A DNA stretch of 64,000 nt from Ranitomeya imitator (Eukaryota), in NCBI RefSeq assembly GCF_032444005.1, contig NC_091288.1:40796001-40860000 (forward strand), read 5' to 3'. The notes below the pieces were generated by a model that was given only the letters and a program-made list of their open reading frames with translations, did no database searches and was not told the origin of the DNA. The translations under genes and the position numbers were made by a program. Positions within the stretch are counted from its first letter, which is position 1; every line of letters starts with the position of its first letter. Shown here one piece after another: positions 12,301 to 27,300 of the stretch.

Positions 12301-15300
12301 AGGATAGTCCAGGCATATCAGGTCATCAATATCAGACCAGTGGAGGTCCGAGACCCCAACAATCAGCTCCAGCCAGATGTACACAATGTGCTTACCCGGC
12401 ACAGCCTAGCTCTTTACCGTCCTCCCCAAGGATCCGCAGCTCGAAGACAAGCTCCTATATAAAGTCCTGGCCCCATAACGCCCCCATTGTCCGGCTCGGT
12501 GACACTTCTAGGGTTTTAGGAAGAAACAATAGCAGTAAAACCAAAATTCCTACTTGTGGATGAGCGCATTGTTTTTACTGTCCATTTCCACCATTGCTCT
12601 CAGAACGAGCAGCAGTCGGCTCAGGTTCATCTCATCAATGAAGGTCGGAAGCTTTTCTTCAAGTCTGGAGGGAAACGAAGATCATTTTGTAGATGTTTCT
12701 ATACTGAAATGACTTAGAGGAGCAGATCATCATTTCCCAGAAATTAAATCATCAATTTAATGGGGTTTTGTCTTGTATAGCCCATTTACTTGGTATAGCG
12801 GAACAACAAGCAATGGGCGCATTCAGCACTTGCGTCAAAATGAGGCAGACATGGTAAAAAAAAAATCACTTTACTTAAAAGGGGTATTCCCATCTCCAAG
12901 TTCCTATCCAATATGTAGTAGGTACAATAATAATATAGGGATTTTTGTGTACTCACCGTAAAATCCTTTTCTCCGAGCCAATCATTGGGGGACACAGGAC
13001 CATGGGTGGTGTTATGCTGCTGCCACTAGGAGGACACTAAGTTAACACATAAAGAATAGCTCCTCCCCTGCAGTATACACCCTCCTGCTGGTTCTAAGTG
13101 AACCAGTTCAGTAACAAAGCAGTAGGAGCTTAACATTTAACAAGGATGAACTATGTCAAAACAAGTTAACACAGAAAAACCAAAGCCAATAGGCTAACAG
13201 GGTGGGTGCTGTGTCCCCCAATGATTGGCTCGGAGAAAAGGATTTTACGGTGAGTACACAAAAATCCCTATTTCTCCTATGCCTCATTGGGGGACACAGG
13301 ACCATGGGACATCCTAAAGCAGTCCCTGGGTGGGGAGCAACCAACTGGAATTGCTTCTTGTACCAACAAGTTACAGATGCAGCACTGCCACTTGCAAAAT
13401 TCGTCTGCCGACGGACGCATCTGTCGAGGCCCAAGAGTGGACGGCATGGTAATGTTTTGTAAACGTATGCAGGCTGGACCAAGTTGCAGCTCTGCAGACT
13501 TGTGCTGCCGATGCCTGGTGCCGGATGGCCCAAGACGCACCCACCGACCGAGTAGAATGAGCCTTAATCCCTGCTGGGATGGGGTGACCTCTAACTCGGT
13601 ACGACTCCTGGATAGCTGAACAAATCCAATTGGCTATCATAGCCTTGGAAGCGGCTAGACCTTTCCTTGGCCCTTCCGGGAGCACAAACAGGGCATCTGA
13701 CCTGCGGAAAGATGCTGTCCTCGAGACGTATCTCCTAAGAGCTCTCACCAAGTCCAGTGTATGAAGAGCCTTCTCGTGCGATGTACTGTGCCGGGCAAAG
13801 TGAAGGCAAGACAATTTCCTCACTGAGGTGGAAAGATGAGACGACTTTGGGTAGAAAAGACGGGGGATGTTCTCAAAACCACCTTATCTTGATTAAAAAT
13901 GAGGAAAGGAACTTGACAAGACTAAGCCACCAGCTCTGAGACTCGACGGATGGACGTGACCGCAACCAGGAAGGCAACTTTCTATGACAGAAAATACAGG
14001 GAAATGTCCTGCAAAGGTTCAAAAGGAGCCTCCTGCAAGACTCCGAGGACAAAATTAAGGTCCCATGGTTCCAACGGCATCTTATAGGGCAGCACCCCAT
14101 GGGAGACTCCCTGAAAGAACGTCTTCACCTGTAATCTGTTGGCAATTCTACGTTGGAACGGGACTGACAAGGCTGAAATCTGCCCTTTGAGAGAACTAAG
14201 GGCGAGACCTAAATCCAAACCCGACTCTAGGAATTCGAGGATGGAAGGAATGGAAAATTCAAGAGGAGACCGTCCTCGGTCCTTGCACCATGAGAAGAAG
14301 GTCTTCCAAATGCAATGATAAATACGCATAGACGTAGGCTTTCTAGCGCTGATCATGGTGGAAATGACTTTCTGAGAGAAGCCTGCCTGTGTTAGCACCC
14401 AGGACTCAACGGCCATGCCGTCAAATACAGGGCCTCGGAGTTCTGGTGGTAAATGGGGCCTTGGGACAATAGGTCTGTGCGATTCGGTAAATCGCCAGGG
14501 GACATCGGCGACTAGTTGAACTAGTTCGGTGTATCAGGCCCTGCGCGGTCAATCTGGCGCAATCAGGATTACTGGTACCCCCTCCGCTCGGATCTTCTTG
14601 ATGACTCTCGGCAGTAAGGGAAGCGGGGGAATTATGTACGGAAGCTGGAACTGATGCCACGAGTGAATGAGTGCATCTGCCCCGATGGCGGCCGGATCGT
14701 GGGACCGAGCTATGAAGTCGGGAACCTTGGAATTTAGCCGTGAGGCCATCAGATCCACGTCTGGGGTTCCGCAATGATAGCAGATCTGGTGGAAGATCTC
14801 CGGATGGATAGACCACTCTCCGGAGTCGAGACCTTGACGGCTGAGGAAATCTGCCTCCCAATTTTCCACTCCCGGGATGTGAACTGCAGAAATCATTGAG
14901 CGGTTTTCCACGGTCCCACGGAGAATGTGGCCTACCTCAGTCATGGCTGCCTTGCTGCGTGTTCCCCCCTGCCGGTTGATGTATGCCGCCGCCGTGGCAT
15001 TGTCGGACTGAATTCTGATGGGACAACTCACCAGGAATGGGTGGAATTGGAGAAGAGCCAACCTGATTGCCCGTATTTCCAGGATGTTGATGGGCAGGCG
15101 TGCTTCCTGAAGAGACCAGCGGCCCTGAGCGGTGTGATGGGGGAACACCGCTCCCCAGCCCAAAAGACTGGCATCTGTTGTCACAACTAGCCAATGTACT
15201 GGGAGAAAAGACTTCCTTGATTTACGGAGGACATCAATGTCCACCACCTGAGAGACTGTCTGACTCGCTGGGGAAGGATGAAACGACGATCGAGAGAGAA

Positions 15301-18300
15301 CGGGTTCCTGTCCCACACAGCCAGGAGGGCATGTTATAAGGGGCGGAGGTGTAATTGAGAGAACGGGACCGCCTCCATAGCTGCTACCATCCTGCCGAGG
15401 ACTCTCATACTGAAACGCAGAGAGTGAGTGTGAGGTTGGGAGAGCTTCTGAGCTTCCCGCTGTAAGACTGAGATCTTTTCTGGGGGAAGAAGTACCAACC
15501 CCTGGGACAAGTGCAGTATCATTCCTAGAAAGGAAATTCACTGAGGCGGTACTAGGGAAGATTTTTTGAAGTTTATCTTCCAACCCAGGCGAGAAAGAGT
15601 ATCTATTGTGATGTCCACGGCCTCCTTGCAGGTACGGAAAGAGTGGCCCTTGATGAGGATATAGTCTAGATGCGGTAGCACCATCACGCCTCGGGTATGA
15701 AGGATGGCCACGGCGGCCACCATGACCTTGGTGAATACCCTGGGGGCGGTGGCGAGGCCGAAGGGCAGAGCAACAAATTGAAAGTAATCTTCCTGAACTG
15801 CGAAGCGAAGAAACCTTTGGAGAGAAGGTAAAAGAGGAATGTGGAGGTACGCGTCCTGGATGTCTATAGAGGCCAGGAACTCGCCTTTCTCCATGGAGGC
15901 GATGACAGAACGAAGCGATTCCATCCGGAACCGTCGCGCCCTGACGAACTTGTTCAGCAGTTTTAGGTCCAGTATGGGCCGTACTGTACCGTCCTTCTTT
16001 GGAACAATGAACAGGTTTGAATAAAAACCTTGAAACCTTTCGCTTTGAGGGACCGGGATAATAACCCCGTCTTCTTTTAGAGAGCTTAAGGCCTGGAAGA
16101 ATTCTGATGCCTTTGCCCTGGGAGGAGAAGACAGGAAAAAGCGATTTGGTGGAAGAGAGGAAAATTCTATCTTGTATCCAGAGGACACTAGGTCGCGGAC
16201 CCATTCATCGTGAACGACTGAGAGCAACGCGTCGCTGAAGGAAAGCAGGCGGCCGCCTACTTTGAGGGTGTCCTCCGGATACCGCAGGGAGTCATTGTGT
16301 GGGAGACCTGCCCAGTCTGGACCCCCTGGATCCTGACTGCCTAGGCCTGCCTCTCCAAGAAGGGGAAGGTTTGTAAGAGATCTGAAAACCTCTATCCCTA
16401 CGTTGTGACAGGCCAGGTCCGGAAGAAGTGGAAGTAGAGGACCAATTTGAGTTGAAAAGAAAAAAAATCGGGACCGAGCTGCTGGTTCCGAAAGGGCCAA
16501 AAGGGTCTCTGTTGTGGAAGAAATTTACTCTTCCCTCCAGTGGCGTTGGAAATTAATTGGTCGAGCTTTTCGTCAAAAAGGCGACCGCTCTGATATGGAA
16601 GAGAAGTCAATGACTTTTTGGAAGCAGAATCCGCACGCCAGTCCCTGAGCCATAAGGACCTCCAGATGGTGATGGCGTTTGCTGCTGCTTGCGAAGCACA
16701 GTTAGCAGCATCCAGGGACGCGGTCACTACAAAATCTCAAGCTTTGGCTATTTGAGTAGCGAGGTCTGCTATCACGGGAGGGAGATCGGTATCTAGCACT
16801 GTTGCAGACAAGACCTCAGCCCAGTGGGTCATAGCCATAGCCACCCACGTAGCAGCAAAAGATGGGAAGAGTGCGGCTGCTGAGGTTTCAAAGGCTAAAC
16901 GCGCCATATTGTCGAACTGACGATCGGTTGGGTTTTTAATAGAGGCGCCCTCCGAAGAGGATAAAATAAATTTAGTAGCCAGGCGGGATACCGGAGGTTC
17001 TACCGGGGGAGATTGCGACCAATCTTTTCTTAGATCCTGGGCAAAGGGATATTTTGATTCCATGGGCTTCCGCACTGTGAATCTTTTATCTGGACACGGC
17101 ATGATCCGTTTAGTCCTCTTAAAGGACACGGCATGATTCGTTTTAGATAAAGGTTCCTCCTCAAGTTTCAAAGCCTTATTCACTGACTCAATCAGAGATT
17201 CGAGAGTCTCCTGATCGTGATGAAATTCCTGATCTAGGGACGTGTCAGAATCGTCCTTTGAAACAGGTGCTCTGCTAGCCCCAATGGAAGGGGAACGAGA
17301 AATGGAGCTCTCAGAACCCGAAACCCGGTGATGGTCTGGGGATATGGCATGAGTCCTTTTCCCGGAAGAGTGAGAGCTCCTAGGCAAGGTACGACCCCTA
17401 GAGTACGAGGGGTTTTGACGATCGGAAGCGTCGTCCGTAAGAGTGCCCTGGTTAGAGGAGGGGTCTCGAAACGATTCTAACGCTTTTGCCGGGGATGCCA
17501 TAGACCAGGTAAGGGAGGTAGCCCACTCAGGGGGCTCACTAGGTTCGGTATCAGTAACAGGTGTTTCCTGAACAGTCACCGGTTCACAAGCTGTGTATAA
17601 TGCAGTATTGTGACCCTGGGGTAATGAGACCTTACAAGGGGTACATGCATCAAAGAACACAGTGTGGGTTTTCCCAGACTTTTTGTGAGGCCTTGATTGA
17701 GACATAGTAGCCTTGAGGAGAGCGCTTACTAGCAGGGGAAGGGTTAAGCTATGGTACTGCAGCTTACCCAGGTCCTGTGTCTTGAGTCCCCAGGAGAGGT
17801 ACGCAATGTATGGTCATGAAGGCTGTGATTAGGAGAGCTGGAGCAGCGCTGCAGCATGAGCGCTGTGGGTGTCCCAAGATGGCTGCCGAGATCTGTGAGA
17901 GCGCTTCTCAGGGAACGAGAAGCGCTAGAAAAGATGGGCGGCGGTAATTGCCGGTGGGCGTGGCCAAAATCTCTGGCCTGCATGAAGGGGAAAAGCAGGA
18001 GGCTAAATTTTAAAACTTGCGGTTGCGGCCTGCGGCGTCGCAACCGCTATTAGTGCCATCACTCAGCCGCGCTCCTTCAAAGAAATGCCGCACTGCGGAC
18101 CACCCACGGACCCGGGCTTTATGCCCTGTTAGACGTGCGGACCTTCCAAACCCCGGAGACCAGGACCTCCCAGCGCCTCGGCCCCCACAGTGTACTCAGT
18201 GTAGATGCGGTGGGCCGGTGCTCAATCCTCCGTCGCCATAGTCAGGGAGGGGGTGAAGAGCTTCTGCCGCCTTGCGTCATCCGCTATATCAGTGGTGATG

Positions 18301-21300
18301 CAGTGGGGGGCTGCACGGATGCCATATATATCATGTCCGGACATGCACCTGGCTCCAGGAGAGGTAGATGGAGGGCTACTCCATGTGGTCGCCTGCTATG
18401 GAGGGGGGATATCGGAAAGCGAAGGAACCGTCGCCCGTAATGTGAGCTCAGGGCTGGCGTCCAACGTTGCAGCGCCTGTTGATGATTCTTAGGAGATCGA
18501 AACCTAGAAAGGGTCCGTCGCCCCCATTCGCTCCGTTAAGGAAAAAATTGAATAAAAAAAATTTAAATTAAAATAAAAACTGTGGGGTCTGAAACAGACA
18601 CTAGTGCCTCCTACAGACACTAAGCAAGAACTGGTTCACTTAGAGCCAGCAGGAGGGTGAATACTGCAGGGAGGAGCTATTCTTTATGTGTTAACTTAGT
18701 GTCCTCTTAGTGGCAGCAGCATAACACCCATGGTCCTGTGTCCCCCAATGAGGCGTAGGAGAAAATAATATTAGCAATTAGAAATGTATTATAGTTCTTC
18801 TGATTTGCTATGTTTCTTTCCTCATGTGCAGGCAGGCAATGCAGGACCTTCGGTATCCATGGTTACGACTACTGATATAGTGACAGTTAGCTAGTTTCTA
18901 GTGGTCGTAACCATGGGTAACCTGACACCTCAGTGAGATGGCAGCTGTATTGTCTTGAACAAGACTGAATTGAGCCGTTTTTTCTCCAGAGTGGATGGTG
19001 AGTTCAGGAATGAAGGAGGGAGAAGTGGCTCATAAGTGGAAAAAGAAGATTATTTCTCTAATAAAATATATTACTTTTTTTTGTGCAAAGTTTGATAAAA
19101 CCAGAGTCAATATTTAAGGATGGACATAAAACCTTATAAGACATTTTTTCGATGTATGCCAAGTACTCGGCCAAGGAGAGATTGATGCGGTTTCTGACAC
19201 TGACCTGTCTCTTATGGGATCAGATGACATTTTGCTTAAGGCATCAAACAGATCTGCAAAAGTCTCAGGATCATTGCACGTCTTGATCATTTCCACCAGC
19301 CTCGGCTTTGCCATAGCTGGGAAGTCCAAACCGTTGAGCCGCAGCTGATGATACACGCTGGTGATGTTACTCAGGTTTTTGGCGTCCATTGTTCCAATAT
19401 TCTGCTTGAAGTAGTTGTCGTATTTCTCCAGCAGGGAGACGTATGTGAACTTGTACTTATAAAAAAGCCTTAGCACCCTGAACGCGTGCCTGATGGCGGA
19501 CAGGTCGAGTCTGTGGATGACGGACTCTGTCTTTTCGATCAGTCGTTCTTGCAGGCTCGGCGAGCTTACTGCTTGCAAACACACCAGGAGATGGGACAAA
19601 GACCTACAGAGCGGAAGAAAGAGAGAAAGGTTACGTCTGATGTGATATTAGACCAGATAATGACTGCATATAGTACAGTGATATAAAACAGTACAGCTAA
19701 AAAGACGGGAGCCTCAAAGGGGTTTTATGGTTTTGGAAAATCAGTGTCGGTCCAGCTGCAGTTTGGTTTAAAAAGAAAAAAAAAAACTTTACTCACCCTC
19801 ACCCAGTCCAGAACTGAGTCTCCACCGCTGCACCCGGACTCCATTATTGGGTGCAGTGCCTAAGCCAATCACTGAGCTCTGAGAGGCTCATGCCGAGACA
19901 CGGGACTCAGTAATTGGCTGCTGCGCTGCTAACATTAACCCCTTCCCGACCTTTGACGCATACGCTGCGTCATGAAAGTCGGTGCCATTCCGACCCATGA
20001 CGCAGCGTATGCGTCATGGCGGAATCGCGTTCCTGCGGGCCGGGTGAAAGGGTTAACTGTAATTTTACCCGGCGTGCAGGGACAGGAGGAGTTGTACTTT
20101 AGCCCAGGGGGGGTGGCTTCACCCCCCCGTGGCTACGATCGCTCTGATTGGCTGTTGAAAGTGAAACTGCCAATCAGAGCGATTTGTAATATTTCACCTA
20201 AAAAACTGGTGAAATATTACAATCCAGCCATGGCCGATGCTGCAATATCATCGGCCATGGCTGGAAACACTAATGTGCCCCCACCCCACCGATCGCCCCC
20301 CCTGCCCACCGATCTGTGGTCCGCTCCCCTCCATCCTGTGCTCCGCTCCCCCGTCCTCCTGTCCGCTCCCCCCGTACTCCAATCCCACCCCCCGTGCTCC
20401 AATCCAACCCCCCTGCACTCCGATCCACCCCCCCGCACTGCGATCCACCCCCCCGCACACCGATCCACCCGCCCGCACACCGATCCACCCGCCCGCACAC
20501 CGATCCACCCACCCGCACACCGATCCACCCGCCCGCACTCTGATCCACCCGCCCGCACACCGATCCACCCCCCTATGCTCCGACACCCCCCCCCGTGCCC
20601 TGATCTCCTCCCCCTTATACTTACCTAGCCTCCCGGGGTCCGTCTGTCTTCTTTCCTGGGCGCCGCCATCTTCCAAAATGGCGGGCGCATGCGCAGTGCG
20701 CCCGCCGAATCTGCCGCCCGGCAGATTCGTTCCAGAGTCAATTTTGATCACTGTGATAAAACCTCACAGTGATCAAAATAAAAAAAAACAGTAAATGACC
20801 CCCCCCTTTGTCACCCCCATAGGTAGGGACAATAATAAAATAAAGAATTTCCCCCCCACTAAGGTTGGAGTTAGAACTAGGGTTAGGGTTAGGGGTAGGG
20901 TTAGGGGTAGGGTTAGGGTTAGGAATGTGTACACGTATTCTGGTCCTCTGCGGATTTTGCCACAGCGGATTTCATAAATCCGCAGTGCTAAACCGCTGTG
21001 GATTTATCGTGGATTTACCGCGTCTTTTCTGCGCATTTCACTGCGGTTTTACAACTGTGATTTTCTATTGGAGCAGTTGTAAAACCGCTGCTGAATCCGC
21101 AGAAAGAAGTGACATGCTGCGGAATGTAAACCGCTGCGTTTCCGTGCAGTTTTTCTGCAGCATGTGCACAGCAATTTTTGTTTCCCATAGGTTTACATTG
21201 AACTGTAAACTCATGGGGAAACTGCTGCGGATCCGCAGCGTTTTCCGCAGCGTGTGCACATACCTTTAGAATTAGGCTATGTGCACACGGTGCGGATTTG

Positions 21301-24300
21301 GCTGCGGATCCGCAGCAGTGTTCCATCAGGTTTACAGTACCATGTAAACATATGGAAAACCAAATCCGCTGTGCCCATGGTGCGGAAAATACCGCGCGGA
21401 AACGCTGCGTTGTATTTTCCGCAGCATGTCAATTCTTTGTGCGGATTCCGCAGCGTTTTACACCTGTTCCTCAATAGGAATCCACAGATGAAATCCGCAC
21501 AAAAAACACTGGAAATCCGCGGTAAATCCGCAGGTAAAACGTAGTGCCTTTCACCCGCGGATTTTTCAAAAATGGTGCGGAAAAATCTCACACGAATCCG
21601 CAACGTTGGCACATAGCCTTAGGGTTAGGGTTGTGGTTAGGGGTGTGTTGGGGTTAGGGGTGTGTTGTGGTTAGGGTTGTGATTAGGATTACGGCTACAG
21701 TTGGGATAAGAGTTAGGGGTGTGTTGGAGTTAGAATTGAGGGGTTTCCACTGTTTAGGCACATCAGGGGGTCTCCAAACGCAACATGGCGCCACCATTGA
21801 TTCCAGCCAATCTTGTATTCAAAAAGTCAAATGGTGCTCCCTCACTTCCGAGCCCCGACGTGTGCCCAAACAGTGGTTTACCCCCACATATGGGGTACCA
21901 GCATACTCAGGACAAACTGCGCAACAATTACTGGGGTCCAATTTCTCCTGTTACCCTTGAGAAAATAAAAAATTGCTTGCTAAAACATCATTTTTGAGGA
22001 AAGAAAAATGATTTTTTATTTTCACGGCTCTGCGTTGTAAACGTCTGTGAAGCATTTGGGGGTTCAAAGTGCTCACCACATATCTAGATAAGTTCCTTGG
22101 GGGGTCTAGTTTACAAAATGGGGTCACTTGTGGGGGGTTTCTACTGTTTAGGCACACCAGGGGCTCTGCAAACGCAACGTGATGTCCGCAGACCATTCCA
22201 TCAAAGTCTGCATTTCAAAAGTCACTACTTCCCTTCTGAGCCCCAGCATGTGCCCAAACAGTGGTTTACCCCCACATATGGGGTATCAGCGTACTCAGGA
22301 GAAACTGGACAACAACTTTTGGGGTCCAATTTCTCCTGTAACCCTTGGGAAAATAAAAAATTCTGGGCTAAAAAATTATTTTTGAGGAAAGAAAACGTAT
22401 TTATTATTTTCACGGCTCAGTGTTATAAACTTCTGTGAAGCACTTGGGGGTTCAAAGTGCTTACCTCACATCTAGATAAGTTCCTTTCGGGGTCTAGTTT
22501 CCAAAATGGGGTCACTTGTGGGGGGTTTCTACTGTTCAGCCACATCAGGGGCTCTGCAAACGCAACGTGACGCCCGCAGAGCATTCCATCAAAGTCTGCA
22601 TTTCAAAACGTCACTACTTCACTTCCGAGCCCCAGCATGTGCCCAAACAGTGGTTTACCCCCACATATGCGGTATCAGCGTACTCAGGAGAAACTGGACA
22701 ACAACTTTTGGGGTCAAATTTCTCCTGTTACCCTTGGGAAAAAAAAAAAATTGCGGGCTAAAAAATCATTTTTGAGAAAAGAAATTTTTTTTTTATTTTC
22801 ATGGCTCTGCGTTATAAACTTCTGTGAAGCACTTGAGGGTTCAAAGTGCTCACCACACGTCTAGATTAGTTCCTTTGGGGGTCTAGTTTCCAAAATGGAG
22901 TCATTTGTGGGGGATCTCCAATGTTTAGGCACACAGGGGCTCTCCAAACGCGACATGGTGTCCACTAATGATTGGAACTAATTTTCCATTTAAAAAGCCA
23001 AATGGCGTGCCTTCCCTTCCGAGCCCTGCCGTGCGCCCAAACAGTGGTTTACCCCCACATATGAGGTATCAGCGTACTCAGAACAAACTGGACAACAAAA
23101 TTTGTGGTCCAATTTCTCCTATTACTGTTGGCAAAATAGGAAATTCCAGGCTAAAAAATCATTTTTGAGGAAAGAAAATTTATTTTTTATTTTCATGGCT
23201 CTGCGTTATAAACTTCTGTGAAGCACCTGGGGGTTTAAAGTGCTCAGTATGTATCTAGATAAGTTCCTTGGGGGGTCTAGTTTCCAAAATGGGGTCACTT
23301 GTGGGGGAGCTCAAATGCATAGGCACACAGGGGCTCTCCAAACGCGACATGGTGTCCGCTAACAATTGGAGCTAATTTTCCATTCAAAAAGTCAAAAGGC
23401 GCGCCTTCCCTTCCGAGCCTTGCCGTGTGCCCAAACAGTGGTTTACCCCCACATATGAGGTATCGGCGTACTCGGGAGAAATTGCTCAACAAATTTTAGG
23501 ATCTATTTAATCCTATTGCCCATGTGAAAATGAAAAAATTGAGGCGAAAAGAAATTTTTGTGAAAAAAAAAGTACTTTTTCATTTTTACGGATCAATTTG
23601 TGAAGCACCTGAGGGTTTAAAGTGCTCACTAGGCATCTAGATAAGTTCCTTGGGGGGTCCAGTTTCCAAAATGGGGTCACTTGTGGGGGAGCTCCAATGT
23701 TTAGGCACACAGGGTCTCTCAAAACGCGACATGGTGTCCGCTAACGATGGAGATAATTTTTCATTCAAAAAGTCAAATGGCGCTCCTTCCCTTCCGAGCC
23801 TTACCATGTGCCCAAACAGTGGTTTACCCCCACATGTGAGGTATCGGCGTACTCAGGAGAAATTGCCCAACAAATTTTAGGATCCATTTTATTCTGTTGC
23901 CCATGTGAAAATGAAAAAATTGAGGCTAAAAGAATTTTTGTGTGAAAAAAAAAGTACTTTTTCATTTTTACGGATCAATTTGTGAAGCACCTGGGGGTTT
24001 AAAGTGCTCACTATGCATCTAGATAAGTTCCTTGGGGCGTCTAGTTTCCAAAATGGGGTCACTTGTGGGGGAGCTCCAATTTTTAGGCACACGGGGGCTT
24101 TCTCGCCTGTTGATCATTCAGGGGAGTTGGAACCTTGAAAGGAACCGTCGCCCGCTTCACTCCGTTAATTAAAAAATACAAATTTACAGAAAAGTAAAAA
24201 ATAAAATAAAAACGTTGGGGTCTGAACCAGACCCATGTGCCTCCTACAGACACTAAGCAAGAACTGGTTAGCTGAGAGAACTCTTTGTATCACTTAGTGT

Positions 24301-27300
24301 CAGCAGCATACAAACTGTGTTCCCCAATGAGGCGAAGGAGAAAACAGGAAATTAATTTTCCATTTAATGAAAACTTATGAAACTTTCTAATAAACTTTGA
24401 GACTATATTAAAGTCTTACAATTTCCTCCATTGTCAGGATCTGTGCTCGCTGTCAGGTTCTCTCTGTATCACTAGACTTACTCAGGGTCATCGGCGTCCT
24501 CCAGATTCCTGTCCACAATCCCGGCTATCTGTCCCATAAGTGGACTTGTGGTCAGATCCTGTTTTTTCAAGCATACAGCAAACTTTGCCAATGTTGGAAA
24601 ATCAAACCTGGGTATAAAAAAGAAAATCCTCATCACAAAGTGCAGATTTACACTCGCAGCAATACTTTACACCATCTGGTATTCCAAGCCCCCACTTGGA
24701 CAAGCGTGGGGCCGTTTCTGGAAAAAGCAGGCAGTCGCTCCAAACAATGGACGCCCCATTTAAAAGTCTTTTGTGAATGAGCTCTCAAAATTACGGTAAT
24801 CAGATGAAAATTTCACAAAAAAAAGCAATAAAATGCCTGCGCTACAGTTCAATCTACTAAGAACCTATAGAATCCAGGGGTTAAGGACTTGATCACATGG
24901 CACAAAGTTGCTGCACATTGTCACAGCAGTAGCAGCAATGTGAGCGACGTTTCAAAAATCTGATGCACTCGCGGTGGAAAATTTCCTTGTGGAAACTAAA
25001 TTTCACATGGTTAATTGTGACGGATGTCAATTCTTTTGGTAGAATTTCAAAACGAATTTCTTTCTTTAACCCCTTTACCCCCAAGGGTGGTTTGCACGTT
25101 AATGACCGGGCCAATTTTTACAATTCTGACCACTGTCCCTTTATGAGGTTATAACTCTGGAACGCTTCAATGGATTCCAGTGATTCTGACATTGTTTTCT
25201 CGTGACATATTGTACTTCATGACAATGGTAAAAATTATTTGATAGTACTTGCGTTTATTTGTGAAAAAAATGGAAATTTGGCGAAAATTATGAAAATTTC
25301 GCAATTTTCCAACTTTGAATTTTTATGCAATTAAATCACAGATATATGTCCCACAAAATACTTAATAAGTAACATTTCCCACATGTTTACTTTACATCAG
25401 CACAATTTTGGAACCAAAATTTTTTTTTTGTTAGGGAGTTATAAGGGTTAAAAGTTGACCAGCAATTTCTCATTTTTACAACACCATTTTTTTTTAGGGA
25501 CCACATCTCATTTGAAGTCATTTTGAGGGGTCTGTATGATAGAAAATACCCAAGTGTGACACCATTTTAAAAACTGCACCCCTCATGGTGCTCAAAACCA
25601 TATTCAAGAAGTTTATTAACCCTTCTGGTGCTTCACAGGAATTTTTGGAATGTTTAAATAAAAATGAACATTTAACTTTTTTACACAAAAAATTTAATTC
25701 AGCTCCAATTTGTTTTATTTTACCAAGGGTAACAGGAGAAAATAAACCGCAAAAGTTGTTGTACAATTTGTCCTGAGTACACCGATACCCCATATGTGGG
25801 GGTAAACCACTGTTTGGGCGCATGACAGAGCTCGGAAGCGAAGGAGCGCCATTTGACTTTTCAATGCAAAATTGACTGGAATCGAGATGGGACACCATGT
25901 TGCGTTTGGAGAGCCCCTGATGTGCCTAAACATTGAAACCCCCCACAAGTGACAACATTTTGGAAAGTAGACCCCCTAAGGAACTTATCTAGAGGTGTGG
26001 TGAGCACTTTGACCCACCAAGTGCTTCACAGAACTTTATAATGCAGAACCGTAAAAATAAAAAATCATATTTTTTCACAAAAATTATCTTTTCGCCCCCA
26101 ATTTTTTATTTTCCCAAGGGTAAGAGAAGAAATTGGACCCCAAAAGTTGTTGTACAATTTGTCCTGAGTACGCTGATACCCCATATGTGGGGGTAAACCA
26201 CTGTTTGGGCGCATGGGAGAGCTCGGAAGGGAAGGAGCGCCGTTTGACTTTTCAATGCAAAATTGACAGGAATTGAGATGGGACGCCATGTTGCGTTTGG
26301 AGAGCCACTGATGTGCCTAAGCATTGAAACCCCCCACAAGTGACACCATTTTGGAAAGTAGACCCCCTAAGGAACTTATCTAGAGGTGTGGTGAGCACTT
26401 TGACCCACCAAGTGCTTCACAGAAGTATATAATGCAGAGCCGTAAAAATAAAACAAACATTTTTTCCCACAAAAATTATTTTTTAGCCCCCAGTTTTGTA
26501 TTTTCCCGAGGGTAACAGGAGAAATTGGACCCCAAAATTTGTTGTCCAATTTGTCGTGAGTGCGCTGATACCCCATAAGTGGGGGGGAACCACTGTTTGG
26601 GCGCATGGGAGGGCTCGGAAGGGATTTGGAATGCAGACTTAGATGGAATGGTCTGCAGGTGTCACATTGCGTTTGCAGAACCCCTAATGTACCTAAACAG
26701 TAGAAACCCCCCACAAGTGACACCATTTTGGAAAGTAGACCCCCTAAGGAACTTATCTAGATGTGTGGTGAGCGCTGTGACCCACCAAGGGCTTCACAGA
26801 AGTTTATAATGCAGAGCCGTAAAAATAAAACAAAAATTTTTTCCCACAAAAAATTATTTTTTAGCCCCTAGTTTGTTTTTTCCCAAGGGTAACAGGAGAA
26901 ATTGGACCCCAAAAGTTGTTGTCCTATTTGTCCTGAGTACGCTGATACCCCATATGTTGGGGCAAACCCCTGTTTGGGCACACGGGAGAGCTCGGAAGGG
27001 AAGGAGCACTGTTTTACTTTTTCAACGCAGAATTGGCTGGAATTGAGATCGGACGCCATGTCGTGTTTGGAGAGCCCCTGATGTGCCTAAACAGTGGAAA
27101 CCCTCCAATTATAACTGAAGCCCTAATCCAAACACACCCCTAACCCTAATTCCAACGGTAACCCTAACCACACCCCTAACTCTGACACACCCCTAATCCC
27201 AACCCTATTCCCAACTGTAAATGTAATCTAAACCCTAACCCTAACTTTAGCCCCAACCCTAACTGTAGCCCCAACCCTAACCCTAACCCTAGCTCTAACC

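Noticed and set aside
19972-20794. Pro-rich and Gly-rich ORFs
   Set aside because: Translations of ~20-bp tandem repeats within a non-autonomous element
21785-27059. Many similar short ORFs (PNSGLPPHMGYQRTQ...)
   Set aside because: Recurring frames of the ~390-bp satellite unit with frequent stops and frameshifts, not a gene family
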